Source: Chiloscyllium plagiosum (taxonomy: Eukaryota). Taken from it: a DNA stretch of 20,000 nucleotides. The notes under the pieces are model-generated. The model searched no databases and had not been told where the DNA came from. It was given only the letters and a program-made list of their open reading frames with translations. Positions 8,163 through 17,484 of this stretch are shown one piece after another. The stretch lies in the NCBI RefSeq assembly GCF_004010195.1, contig NC_057718.1, positions 74,046,962 to 74,066,961 on the forward strand, given 5' to 3'. How positions within the stretch are numbered: the first letter of the stretch is position 1; each line of letters opens with the position of its first letter. The position numbers and the translations under genes are program-made.

Positions 8163-9348
8163 ACATTTGCAGTGGTGTGAAGAAGAGCTGAGTTCTTGCC
8201 CCCACCCTGTTCGGCGGCATCTTCCCAGACATGGTGAAGCATGCCTTTGGAACATCAACTGATGGTGTCCACCTCCACGCCAGATTAGACGGGAGGCTAT
8301 TCAGACTGTCCTGGCTGAGGACGAAAACCAAGGTTTGTGAATTACTCATCAGGGACATGTTGTTTGTAGACGATGTGGCACTGGCAATACACTTGGAAGA
8401 GCAACTGCAATGCCTTGTGGACAATTTCTCAAGATTTATGGACTTCAGCTTGATAATCAGCCTGAAGAAGACCGGCATATTGGGTCCTGGTTACCAATCA
8501 ACATTACCATCAACAACTATGAGCTGAAGGTAGTCCATGAGTTTACGTGCCTTGGCTCTACCATCATGGGCAGTCTCTCCCTAGACTCTGAGATCAACAG
8601 ACTGATCAGATGAGCAGCCTCAACATTTGTCAGGCTGACAGAGTCTGGGAGAGCAGAAAGCTGATGACGCACACCAAAGTTGCAGTCCACAGGGCCTGCG
8701 TTCTCAGCACACTGCTTTACGGCTGCGAAACCTGAAGCCTCTACTCCAGATGAGCGGTGTCTCAACGCCTTCCACCTTCATAGCCTGAGACACATCCTGG
8801 GCATCAAGTGGACTGACTGAGTCGCCATCAATGAAGTTATGGCCCGCACCCAGATACCCAGTCTCTTCATCCTGCTCCAACAACATCATCTCCGCTGGAT
8901 GCGCCATGTACGCCACATATCAGACAGGAGGATCCTGAAAGACCTGCTGTACGGGCAACTGGCCTCTGGCAAGAGAGCTCAAGGGTGGCAAGAGAGCCCC
9001 ATCTTTGTTTCAAAGATGTTTGCAAGAGAGACATGAAATCACTGAACATGAACGTCGAGAAGTGGGATGATATTGTAAGCGATTGTTCTCACTGGAGGCT
9101 GGAATTACACACAGTTTAAAAAGAGAAGAGAAGCTGAGGCTTGCTGTTGAAGAAAAATACACCCCCTCCCCCCGATAAAACAGCACCAAGACAACATCGG
9201 ACGACAGTGCCTTCAAGTGCAGTCGAAACTGCCACTCCCATGTAAGCCTCTATCGCCACAATAGACACTGCTCTACCAACAAAGATTGAAGTAAGACTTC
9301 CCAGGTGCAGATCCCTGGTCTCGTGAGACTAACGGATGCCACCAGTGA
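8163..9348 (+). mobile_element. 5'-truncated RTE-clade (BovB-like) LINE
   Basis: Contains SGVK...VLAPTLFG, DGRLFRLSWLRTKTKVCELLIRDMLFVDDVAL, FTCLGSTI, LLQQHHLRWMRHVRHISDRRILKDLLYGQLASGKR and a C-terminal zinc-finger-like CSRNCHSHVSLYRHNRHC, then a short 3' UTR ending ...gactaacggatgcc. Frameshifted. Confidence 0.92.
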
Positions 9349-9552
9349 CCCTTTCAAAGTAACATTGCATCTTAATTGATTTCCACATGTTCTGTTTTCC
9401 ACCATTATTAGCTAGCTGATCGTCTGTCCTTTCTCATCTGAATTCTGACAGACAATATGCTACTTTAACCTCGGATGTTTCTTTTTGGGGGGAAGCACAT
9501 TATTGAAAGGCTATTGCCATTCCATAACTGTCACTGGGATAAAATCCTGGAA
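9349..9552 (+). repeat. Right copy of the ~205-bp direct duplication flanking the RTE element
   Basis: Begins ccctttcaaagtaac and ends gggataaaatcctggaa, matching the start and end of 7956-8162. Confidence 0.92.
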
Positions 9553-9632
9553 TGCCTGCACCACGTTGTCTTCAGCGGTTAGGGAAGCAACTCACCATTA
9601 CCGTTGGGGATGAATAGGAATGAGCAATAGAT
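9513..9632 (+). mobile_element. Old LINE 3'-tail fragment into which the RTE element appears to have inserted
   Basis: ttgccattcc...cactgggataaaatcctggaa...cagcggtt...gcaactcacca...ggaatgagcaata resembles a common shark LINE 3' end (recognised from memory). Confidence 0.45.
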
Positions 9633-9730
9633 TATACTGAAAACTTATAATAGAGTGCAGAACAAGCAATGTATTTTCCAGCTGGCGATGTTGGTTCATC
9701 TGGGATCTAATTATGGTTATGATTGTAGTT

Positions 9731-9963
9731 CCAGCTTTTGTTTTATAACTCAAACCTTCCATACTCAGCAACATCCTGGTAAATCTCTTCTGAACCCTCT
9801 CCAGTTTGATGATGATAATCCTGTAACTGGGCGACCAAAACTGGATGCAGTAGTCCAGGAGAGGCCTCACCATTGTCCTTTACAACCTCAACATGACTTC
9901 CCAGTTCCTATGCTCTGAGCAATGAAGGCAAGCGTGCCAAATGCCTTTTTAACCACCCTAGTC
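9731..9963 (-). mobile_element. CR1 LINE fragment (ORF2 C-terminal region)
   Basis: ORF 9598-9873 reads MVRPLLDYCIQFWSPSYR...KLERVQKRFTRMLLSMEGLSYK, the canonical CR1 motif. Confidence 0.9.
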
Positions 9964-10139
9964 AAAGGACTGTTGTTTTAAATAATTTGAAATTGATAAT
10001 TCTCCTTTACTATTAATTTAAATATTGGAAGAGTCCCTTGCTTTGGCTAAGTAATTGAAATGTTTGACAGGATGGGTGTTTCACGGGGAGAAAAGATTTT
10101 AAAACAAAATATGACACCAAGCCACATAAAAAAAAATTA

Positions 10140-10900
10140 GAATAGCTGGCAAAAGCTTGAACAAAGAGGAAAGTAACAGGAAATTCCAGAGCTTAGGGCC
10201 GATGAACCTAAAGGCAGATCGAAGTCTGGGACTCTCCTGCGTCTTGGAGTGCAAATGTTTTGAATGATTGCAAAGCTGAGGAAGGTTATGTAGATAGGGA
10301 GAGGTAAGATCTTTGGCAATGAGGATGAGAATTTTAAAATCAAAATGTTAGCTATTCAGGGGGGCAGTATAGGTCAACGAGTTGAGGGATTATGGTTAGA
10401 ATGGTATTGGATATGAATTAAGATAGGCAGCAGAGTTTTGAATGGCAGCAAATTTAGTGGTTAGGACTGGGCATGCTGGCCAGCGGTATATTAGAGTAGT
10501 TGAGTCAAAAAGTAACAAAGGTGTTGGAGAGGATTTCGCTGGAAATAGCACTAAGCCAGGAGTGGAATCAGATGATGTCATGGAGATGAGAATTGGAAGT
10601 CTTAATGATGATGTCGACATACATTCAAATATAACACCAAGATTGCAGATGGCCCAATTAGCTTAAATAGTTGACAGGGAGAGCAGTGGAGCTGATGAAT
10701 AATAGTTACTTGTAGGAAATTACTGCTCATTGTACTCCGTCAACTGAGCAATCTGACATTTAGAGATAGTGGACCAGATAAGGGTTATGGTGAGGTGAGA
10801 ACTGGGTATCAGCACAGTATGTTTGGAAACTTACTTGTTTTTGATTTATATTTCCAAGAGTCAGATGAGAAAAAGGGGGTCCTTCTCCAAAGATAATAAT
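10140..10900 (-). mobile_element. L2 LINE fragment (heavily decayed RT C-terminus)
   Basis: Minus-strand remnants of IQNSAA (near 10425-10443), (A)FVT-RLDYSN-like (about 10490-10525), YADDTQL-like (about 10795-10822) and GPLLFLI-like (about 10863-10880) motifs. Confidence 0.65.
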
Positions 10901-11143
10901 CTAAGAATGCCCTTAAACAAAGTTCAGAAATTAGTTGTGAATGAACTGCCTTCACTTGAATATTTCATAATAGTATAACTGACTATGATGTTAGTCTAGA
11001 TTTCCTGTTGTAAGTTCTAAATCAAGTGCTAACTTAATTATAGTAAGTAGGTTAAAATAACCCATTTGGAAAATTGAGTGTTTAAGGTCCAAATGTTCTA
11101 GTTAAACCATGAAGTTGATTTAATACTTAAACTTTATTAATAG

Positions 11144-11255
11144 AATTTGCTGAAACACCCAGAACTAAGCAACAGCCAACTCCTGGCCGATTTTTTATCC
11201 CCAGATGGCTGTCAATCACAGTTTCTTGAAAAAATTCTTCCGGATGTAAATCTGG
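11144..11255 (+). CDS. SNX14: Sorting nexin 14, internal exon (end of PX domain)
   Basis: ttaatag|AAT...CTGG|gtgagt, 112 nt, phase 0 to phase 1. Encodes [37 protein letters not shown](G); human reads [38 protein letters not shown] as recalled. Confidence 0.96.
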
Positions 11256-11694
11256 GTGAGTATAATGATCTCTTCAGACCATGCTGCATATTGCATTTAG
11301 TCTAGTTTTTTTAAAATGTAAAATGAGTAATTCATCATTGTAACTGATACGACTCAGAATTATTGAAGTAGACACAGTCTTGACGTTAAAAAGAAATTCA
11401 GATTAGAAACTTGTGCTATTATATGTTTATATAATAACATGTGGCAAATAACAGACATTAATGAAGCTTTATGCAAACATTGATTAACAACATGCTTGTG
11501 TCACAATGCAGTGGGTGTCAGTGCATAATGCCTTTAGCTGTAGCCAGCCAGCAATTTTCTTCAGGTTCAAAAAATATATTTTTCGGAAATTGACCGCAAT
11601 TCAAATAATATGTATGTGATTAATTAGTTATCTGAACTTAAATTTTATGTTGGGATTGTGTACTTTTATAAAATTGAGTAATCATGTCATTGCG

Positions 11695-11977
11695 TCATAG
11701 AATTGTATAGCATGGAAACAGACCTTTTGGTTCAACTCATCCATGCCAACCAGTTATCCTAAATTAATCTAGTCCAATTCGCCAGCATTTGGTTCATATC
11801 CCTCTAAACTCTTCCTATTCTTATACCACTCTAAATGCCTTTGAAATATAGTGATTGTAATGGTCTCTACCTCTGGTAGCTCATTCCACACGCATCACCC
11901 TCTACAACCCTTCAAAATCTTTCTCCTCTCACCTTAAACCTATGCCCATTAGTTTTGGATTCCTCTAACCTGGGGAG
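11695..11977 (-). mobile_element. CR1 LINE 3' end, same family as 7235-7718 but inverted
   Basis: Reverse complement reads gtttagagggatatgaaccaaatgctggcgaattggactagattaatttaggataactggttggcatggatgagttgaaccaaaaggtctgtttccatg, which closely matches about 7600-7695. Confidence 0.88.
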
Positions 11978-12908
11978 GTTTTGGAATGTGTTTGGGACAT
12001 ATTTCAAATGGATCCAGTTCTGAATAAAGAATGAACTCTGATTCAGATCAGTTCTAGAACTTTTCTTGACATCTCCACTTACTGCCTTTTCTTCACCTCA
12101 GCTTGATTAGTACTGCCCAGTTTTGATTGAGTTCACAAGGTTTGGTAGAGAAGCTGAAATAATGATTGGGGGTTTAGTGTCTCACTCCAGCCCTCTGCTG
12201 TTTTAACTAGAATGATATTTCCAATGTGAAGGTCATGACCCATTGACATCATTAATGCTGCAATGAGATTGATAATTAAAATTGTGGATAGTCAGACAGT
12301 GCCAAATTGGAGCATGGCTAGGAGGTACAAAGTTTAAATTTTGTTTGTCATTGGAAGGATTCTTTGAGGACCAGAGGAGCAGGATTACACTCAATGCTCC
12401 ATCAACAATTATCTGCTCTTAGTTTCCAGCTCCCCCCACCCTGACCATCACCTTCTGCACCTCTCTTTGTGTATGTGCTGACATCGTGCATCCACCTCAG
12501 TTTTTGCTCTCTTAAATCTTGAAATCACTCTTGCCAGTATTGTGCAAGAGAATCCGAAAAAGATCTCTCACAGAGGAATTGATTTCAACCATCCAGATTT
12601 TGAGTTAAAATTGGGGATTGTGTATGTGTCGTTACGAGTTTGTCCATTGTGAGAAATGTTGTAATTTCCTACTATATAGCTAAATCCCAACACAGGCTAG
12701 AGGGAATGAGAAAGTATGAACTGACAATGAAAGCTGAAAGTATAAATGAATTTGGCAACGAATACTCAATGGATATAGCAAGCACTTAAATTGTAGAGAG
12801 AAGTTGTTGAATAGAGCTGGAGTTTAAACCACTTGTAAACAGAACGCAAGAATTTGTTAATAACTGAATTAGGATTCCTCAAATACGATATGGTGTTATC
12901 TGTTATAG

Positions 12909-12949
12909 GGAAGATTATCAAGTCTGTCCCTGGAAAACTCATCAAGGAG
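12909..12949 (+). CDS. SNX14: Sorting nexin 14, short internal exon
   Basis: tgttatag|GG...GAG|gtaagt, 41 nt, phase 1 to phase 0. Encodes (G)KIIKSVPGKLIKE; human reads GKIIKSVPGKLMKE as recalled. Confidence 0.95.
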
Positions 12950-14185
12950 GTAAGTTCCAATATCTTTTTTATTTACAGTGATTCATCTGCACAATGTTGT
13001 CAGTCAAGGTGAGCAGATCACATGTTCCCAGGTTTTCACCTAGAATGGATTGCTGGGGAATGTATAAGAGTAATATTTCACAAACGCCCATTCAGTTGTG
13101 TAACTGTTTCATTTAACGTAATCAGTGCATTTGGAAATGAAAACTGCCACTACCTTGTGTTTGATACACTCTTGAATGATTTCAATAGAAAGTGTAATTG
13201 TTCAATCTGCAGGCAAGTTAAGAAAAATGTTGTTAGCCCAGATTTGATCTACATGCACGTTGAACCTCAGAGACACAAATAGGAACTTGATAGTACGGAA
13301 TCTGCTGAAAAAATTTTTTGTTGAAACGTTTTGTTCTGATCAGGATATTTTACAAGAATACAAATTCAAAGGGAAAACCATGAGAGGAGAGTCCTAATTG
13401 TTTAGAAAATAAAATCTGATACGTAGAGACGTTGCTATGGATTGACTGGTAACAGCCAGGCTTTAAAATTTTAAACCAGGTTGGTTGACTTTGATTCATC
13501 AAAGTATTGTCCTGAGAAATGAACCAATGAATGGCTGTCTCTTTTCTGTTGCAACAGGCAATTTACCAACTAATCGACATTCTTCTCTTATACAGTATAA
13601 ATGTTAGTTTTCCTCTTGAATTTGTTTGTACAAATGAGTGCAAAATAGAAAGCTTTAGCAGATCTTCATTTTTTTCATCAATTCTCTAGTTCTTAATGAC
13701 CAAGTGGCTATTTATACACCTGATACATATGTACAAACAGACAAAATTTGGATAGCAGCAACATAACTTACAGTTAAGAGCAGATAAACTAAGCTTTCAA
13801 TTGAATTTCCTTAGTAGTGTGTTAAGTTCAAGGCTTTCCCTGTTTTCGTTTTCAAATTTACTGCTAAAGTGAGACAGTCCTAAGGTTGAATGTGAATTTA
13901 TGCAAAATGAGGTTAACTATTGCTTTTCACCTTTTGGATAATATTTCCTCAATCATCTTTATAGCTTGGTCTTGCCATGAACTGATCTGAATATATCCTT
14001 TGCATATTACTGGTCAATGCCACATCATGTATCACCTTTAGGAAGAGGGTCCTAATATAGAGACTATTCTCATTAATGAAAACTCAGAGGAAATCTTGCT
14101 GTCAATTTGTCCAAACCTCCGTGATTCAGCTGATCCATTTGTTATGTTAGAGGATTCCTAACTGACTTCACGTTTAAAACATAAC

Positions 14186-14330
14186 CTGCAGCTAGTAGAA
14201 ATATGAAACAAGTAAGCGAAACATTCAACAAGTCAAAACTTTGACAAAGGGTCCAGCTTGAAATGCTGAAACCTTTGTTTATCGCAAAAGATGCTGCTGA
14301 ATTTTTGAGTTAAGTTTTTTTTTGTTTGCG
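14186..14330. repeat. Highly decayed relative of the Penelope/hammerhead-type repeat
   Basis: ttgacaaagggtccagcttgaaatgct...agatgctgctga..tttttgagt resembles the ctga-gaagggtc...cgaaacgtt...gatgctgc...ctgagt pattern seen at 16115-16252. Confidence 0.4.
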
Positions 14331-14711
14331 CTTGTTCTTTATTTATGACTGATCTCTTTGCACTCAGCTGAACTCAATCTGCCATGTGATGGAAGTCTGT
14401 TCTGAGCTGCAATCAACCCACTTGGCCTTGGCCTTTGGATTGTCATTGCAACTCATTCTTTTTATGAACGTGCATTCGTTGAAATTCTGACTGATGTTAA
14501 TGTGATGGAGGAACCTGGTTGGGATTAGTTTACTTATATGACATGACAAATCTAGTAGTACAAAGGGCCTGTCAGAAACTGATAAGTAACTCAGTCTGAT
14601 AACATCTTACAATTTTAACTATTAACTTTGTCACATGGTCAGGCCAAATTCCTCCTCAATAAATTTGTTCAACTGATCATCAAATTGCAGTAATCCAAAA
14701 TAACAAATAAA

Positions 14712-15240
14712 ATTAGAATTAGAGCTTAGGTTTTATTGTCACATGTGCTCATGTACGGAAGTACAGTAAAAAGTTTACAATGTCACCCTCATGGTGCTGT
14801 ACCTAGGTACAAATCTTAGCTACGAAGAGAAATAAAGAAAGAAAAGGTCACTTTACCTTAGTAATTCATAGGTAAGTTAGAAAATAAGACATGCAGCTAA
14901 AAGGATAAGCCTACAGTCAGATAAACATTACATTCAGTTGAGGGGCTTCCATATGTAGTCTGACTGGCCCCTCAAGCCACTGACTGCCTGCACCAGTCCC
15001 CAGTCCAACAAGTGTCCCTGCTCTGCTCAGTGCCTCCAGCTCCCTGTGCTCTGGGTTTAAGCCTGCTCTGCACAACTCCATTCAGGCCCTCAGCTGCTCC
15101 AAGTTTAGTTTTTTTTAAAAAACAACTTTAAACTCTTAGTAAAAAAAGGGAGAAGATGAAAAAGGAAAGAAAAAGAAAAAAGCATACGGATAGATGAACC
15201 CCGAGCTAAGGAGACTGGATGCTCCCTCCTCCACTTCTGC
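14712..15240 (-). mobile_element. Short non-autonomous retroelement with a Rex/Babar-like 3' tail
   Basis: Minus strand ends ...ttttactgtacttccgtacatgagcacatgtgacaataaaacctaagctctaattctaatt (AATAAA plus a short tandem tail), like Rex-type LINE 3' ends. No coding potential. The 5' boundary is uncertain. Confidence 0.45.
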
Positions 15241-15859
15241 ATTTAGGTATGAAGAATGATCAATTGTTTTAATTGGTTCGTTGCCTAAATAGGGCTAGTG
15301 ATGCATTACTGTGCACTATTTCATGCACATCTGATTAAGTGAACCACTAGTTCTTTTTTCTGCTGTACGCATGTGCTTGGTTCCAAGGTGCTGAATATGT
15401 TTTGCCATTCACGTGACAACATTTTTGGTTATTATGTGCATCTGGGCAGATTGTTTAACTATGGGGTTGAAGCAAACAAAGTACAAAGTGGTGTGCAGTT
15501 CTCAGCAGGCGATGCTGGATCGCTAACAGAAGCTGGCACGTACATCATTTTTCTCTAGATTGGAGGCCAAATTGTTGTCTATTTGCTGTTGCACTGACCG
15601 AGATCTGATAACTCCAGGTGACTTTCTCTAGCTATTGTTCATTGAAACTATAACTTCTATTAAATAGAAAATGTATTAGTTCGATATTTTCTTTAAAGAA
15701 GCTATTAATCAAATTGAAAAGTAACATAAGTACAATGGCATTCCCTACGCTACTTTATATTTAGCTGCACCTTCCTCATTTTATGTCTGCCTTTCTTTCA
15801 AATTGTGCAACATGAGTAGCATGTATGAAGCTGTATTTATTTCCCTGTTTCGGTTGCAG

Positions 15860-15979
15860 AAAGGCCAACATCTGGAGTCATTCCTCACAGCATTTATCAA
15901 CTCCTGTGAGGCTCCCAAACCTAAACCAAGTAGACCAGAACTCACCATTCTCAGTCCTACTTCGGAAAACAACAAAAAG
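15860..15979 (+). CDS. SNX14: Sorting nexin 14, internal exon
   Basis: cggttgcag|AAA...AAG|gtaaat, 120 nt, phase 0 to phase 0. Encodes [40 protein letters not shown]; human reads [40 protein letters not shown] as recalled. Confidence 0.97.
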
Positions 15980-16114
15980 GTAAATTTGAGAGCAAGTGTA
16001 TTTGGCAGGTAATTTGTGGGAAGAGCCAATCAATGTTACATATTGACCTTTTTTTCTTAAATCACACTTGGTAATTCAGTGCTTGCTGAAATTGTAACAC
16101 AATTCTTATTCAGT

Positions 16115-16252
16115 AGATTCTTCAGAGGGGTCACTAGATCTGAAATGTTAACTCTTGATTTCTATCCACAAATGCTGCGAGACGTGCTGAGCTTTTCCAG
16201 CAATTTCTGTTCTTGTTTCTGATTTCCAACATCTGCGGTTCTTTCAGTTTTT
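16115..16252 (+). repeat. Penelope-associated shark repeat with a decayed hammerhead core
   Basis: cttcaga-g-gggtc(acta)gatct-gaaa-tgtt-aactct, followed by ...atgctgcgagacgtgctgagcttttccagc. The tail is similar to the minus strand of 6284-6332. Confidence 0.6.
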
Positions 16253-16766
16253 TTAGATATTCATCATCTGCTCTGCAGTTGAGATTATATTATGATTAAC
16301 ATTTGCAATAGACTCCCAAATGTTTGTCCATGTATTTGGTAATCCCAAAGTAATGAGTAATTTTGATGAATTTAATCATTTTGAACTTGGACACTTAATT
16401 TGAGACTTGGCTAACGTTAAACTTTGGAAGGTGGCGATGCTAGTCCATTGATCTTTGATATGTGACTATGTTGGTGTATGATGGCTATTTGAAAAATTCA
16501 CACTACAATTTGTAGTTTAACGAGAAGCAAATCGTCAGTGAAAAAGTTGAAGTAAATGCTTTCACATTGCAACTTTGTGAAAAATCTATTCATTTTCAGA
16601 ATTAACACTGTTTACAACAAGAATAATATTTATATATTGCAGCAGCAACTGTCTACCACATCTATTTTCAAGAGTCAGGATTTAGTGCTGTTTTTGAGAT
16701 ATGTATGTCTAGAGGACATTTCAAATTCAGTAATAATTCTTCTCTGTTTTATTCCAAATTTATTTC

Positions 16767-16855
16767 AGATTTTTTTAATGGATATGAAGGTATTTGAGAG
16801 GTATGGGGATAACACAGGAAGGTTGAATTGAGGTGGATCATTCATGATCATCTTT
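16767..16855 (+). mobile_element. CR1 3'-tail remnant
   Basis: agatttttt...gaggtatggggataacacaggaaggttgaattgagg..gatcattcatgatcat resembles a CR1 3' UTR. Confidence 0.5.
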
Positions 16856-16904
16856 GACAGTCAGGGTAGTCTTTGCCAATGCCCAATAAAAAAGCTAAAA
16901 GACA

Positions 16905-17484
16905 TGTTATGGTCCAGGCCAGACCCCCTCAAAACATTTCAAGAAGGTAGCCCAACCCCTAACTTTCTAGTTGTTTAAAGCAATTGTAAGGTGGATATTC
17001 CAGGAATGATGCAGCTGATCAAACCACTTAGTTTCAAACCAAACAGCATTGATTTACAGACTACCAAATGAAACACAAGCAAGAGAAAACAGAATTTAGA
17101 AATATTTGAAAACCGGAACTGACATGATATCCTCCACACTTAACATAAAGCTGTTCCGATTTTCTGTAACATCCTATAAACACATCCCTTGATTCAAACA
17201 CAGGTTCTTTCAGGGGAGAGAGATGGCAGAGAGAATCAGCCAGGGATCATTGGCTGAAGCATGGAACTCTCTTTTCATTGCAGCCGCTTTCTTTGACTAG
17301 TAGCTTTGAACAGACCGCTTGCTAAAAACTAAACCAAACGAGAAAAATACCTGAACAGGGAGAACTGGTCACTTTTCCCTTTCATTGTACAAGTGTTTTA
17401 AAATAAAACCCGAAAGACCTTTTCCCTGATTATTGCCTTAGGCACTATCTGTTAGCCAGAACCAAAATGGCCTTATTCTAGACA
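16905..17484. mobile_element. LTR-like sequence (probable solo LTR) interrupted by a CR1 insertion
   Basis: Begins abruptly with TGTTATG, is non-coding, and has purine tracts typical of fish/shark LTRs. It is cut off where CR1 ORF1 sequence begins, and its other terminus is not visible. Confidence 0.5.

Noticed and set aside
8041..8478. 145-aa minus-strand ORF
   Set aside because: It is the antisense reading of the RTE element and the flanking duplication, with no independent coding evidence.
7956..9552. LTR retrotransposon with 205-bp LTRs
   Set aside because: There are no TG...CA termini, PBS or polypurine tract, and the interior is a non-LTR RTE element with its own 3' end.
15803..16012. 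69-aa ORF as a standalone small gene
   Set aside because: It is the SNX14 exon 15860-15979 read through its flanking intron sequence.
16556..16831. 91-aa ORF, or the acceptor-like tttcag at about 16768, as the next SNX14 exon
   Set aside because: It does not encode the expected LFNDLFKNNAN-like continuation, and the sequence after the AG resembles a CR1 tail. The next exon is probably beyond the window.
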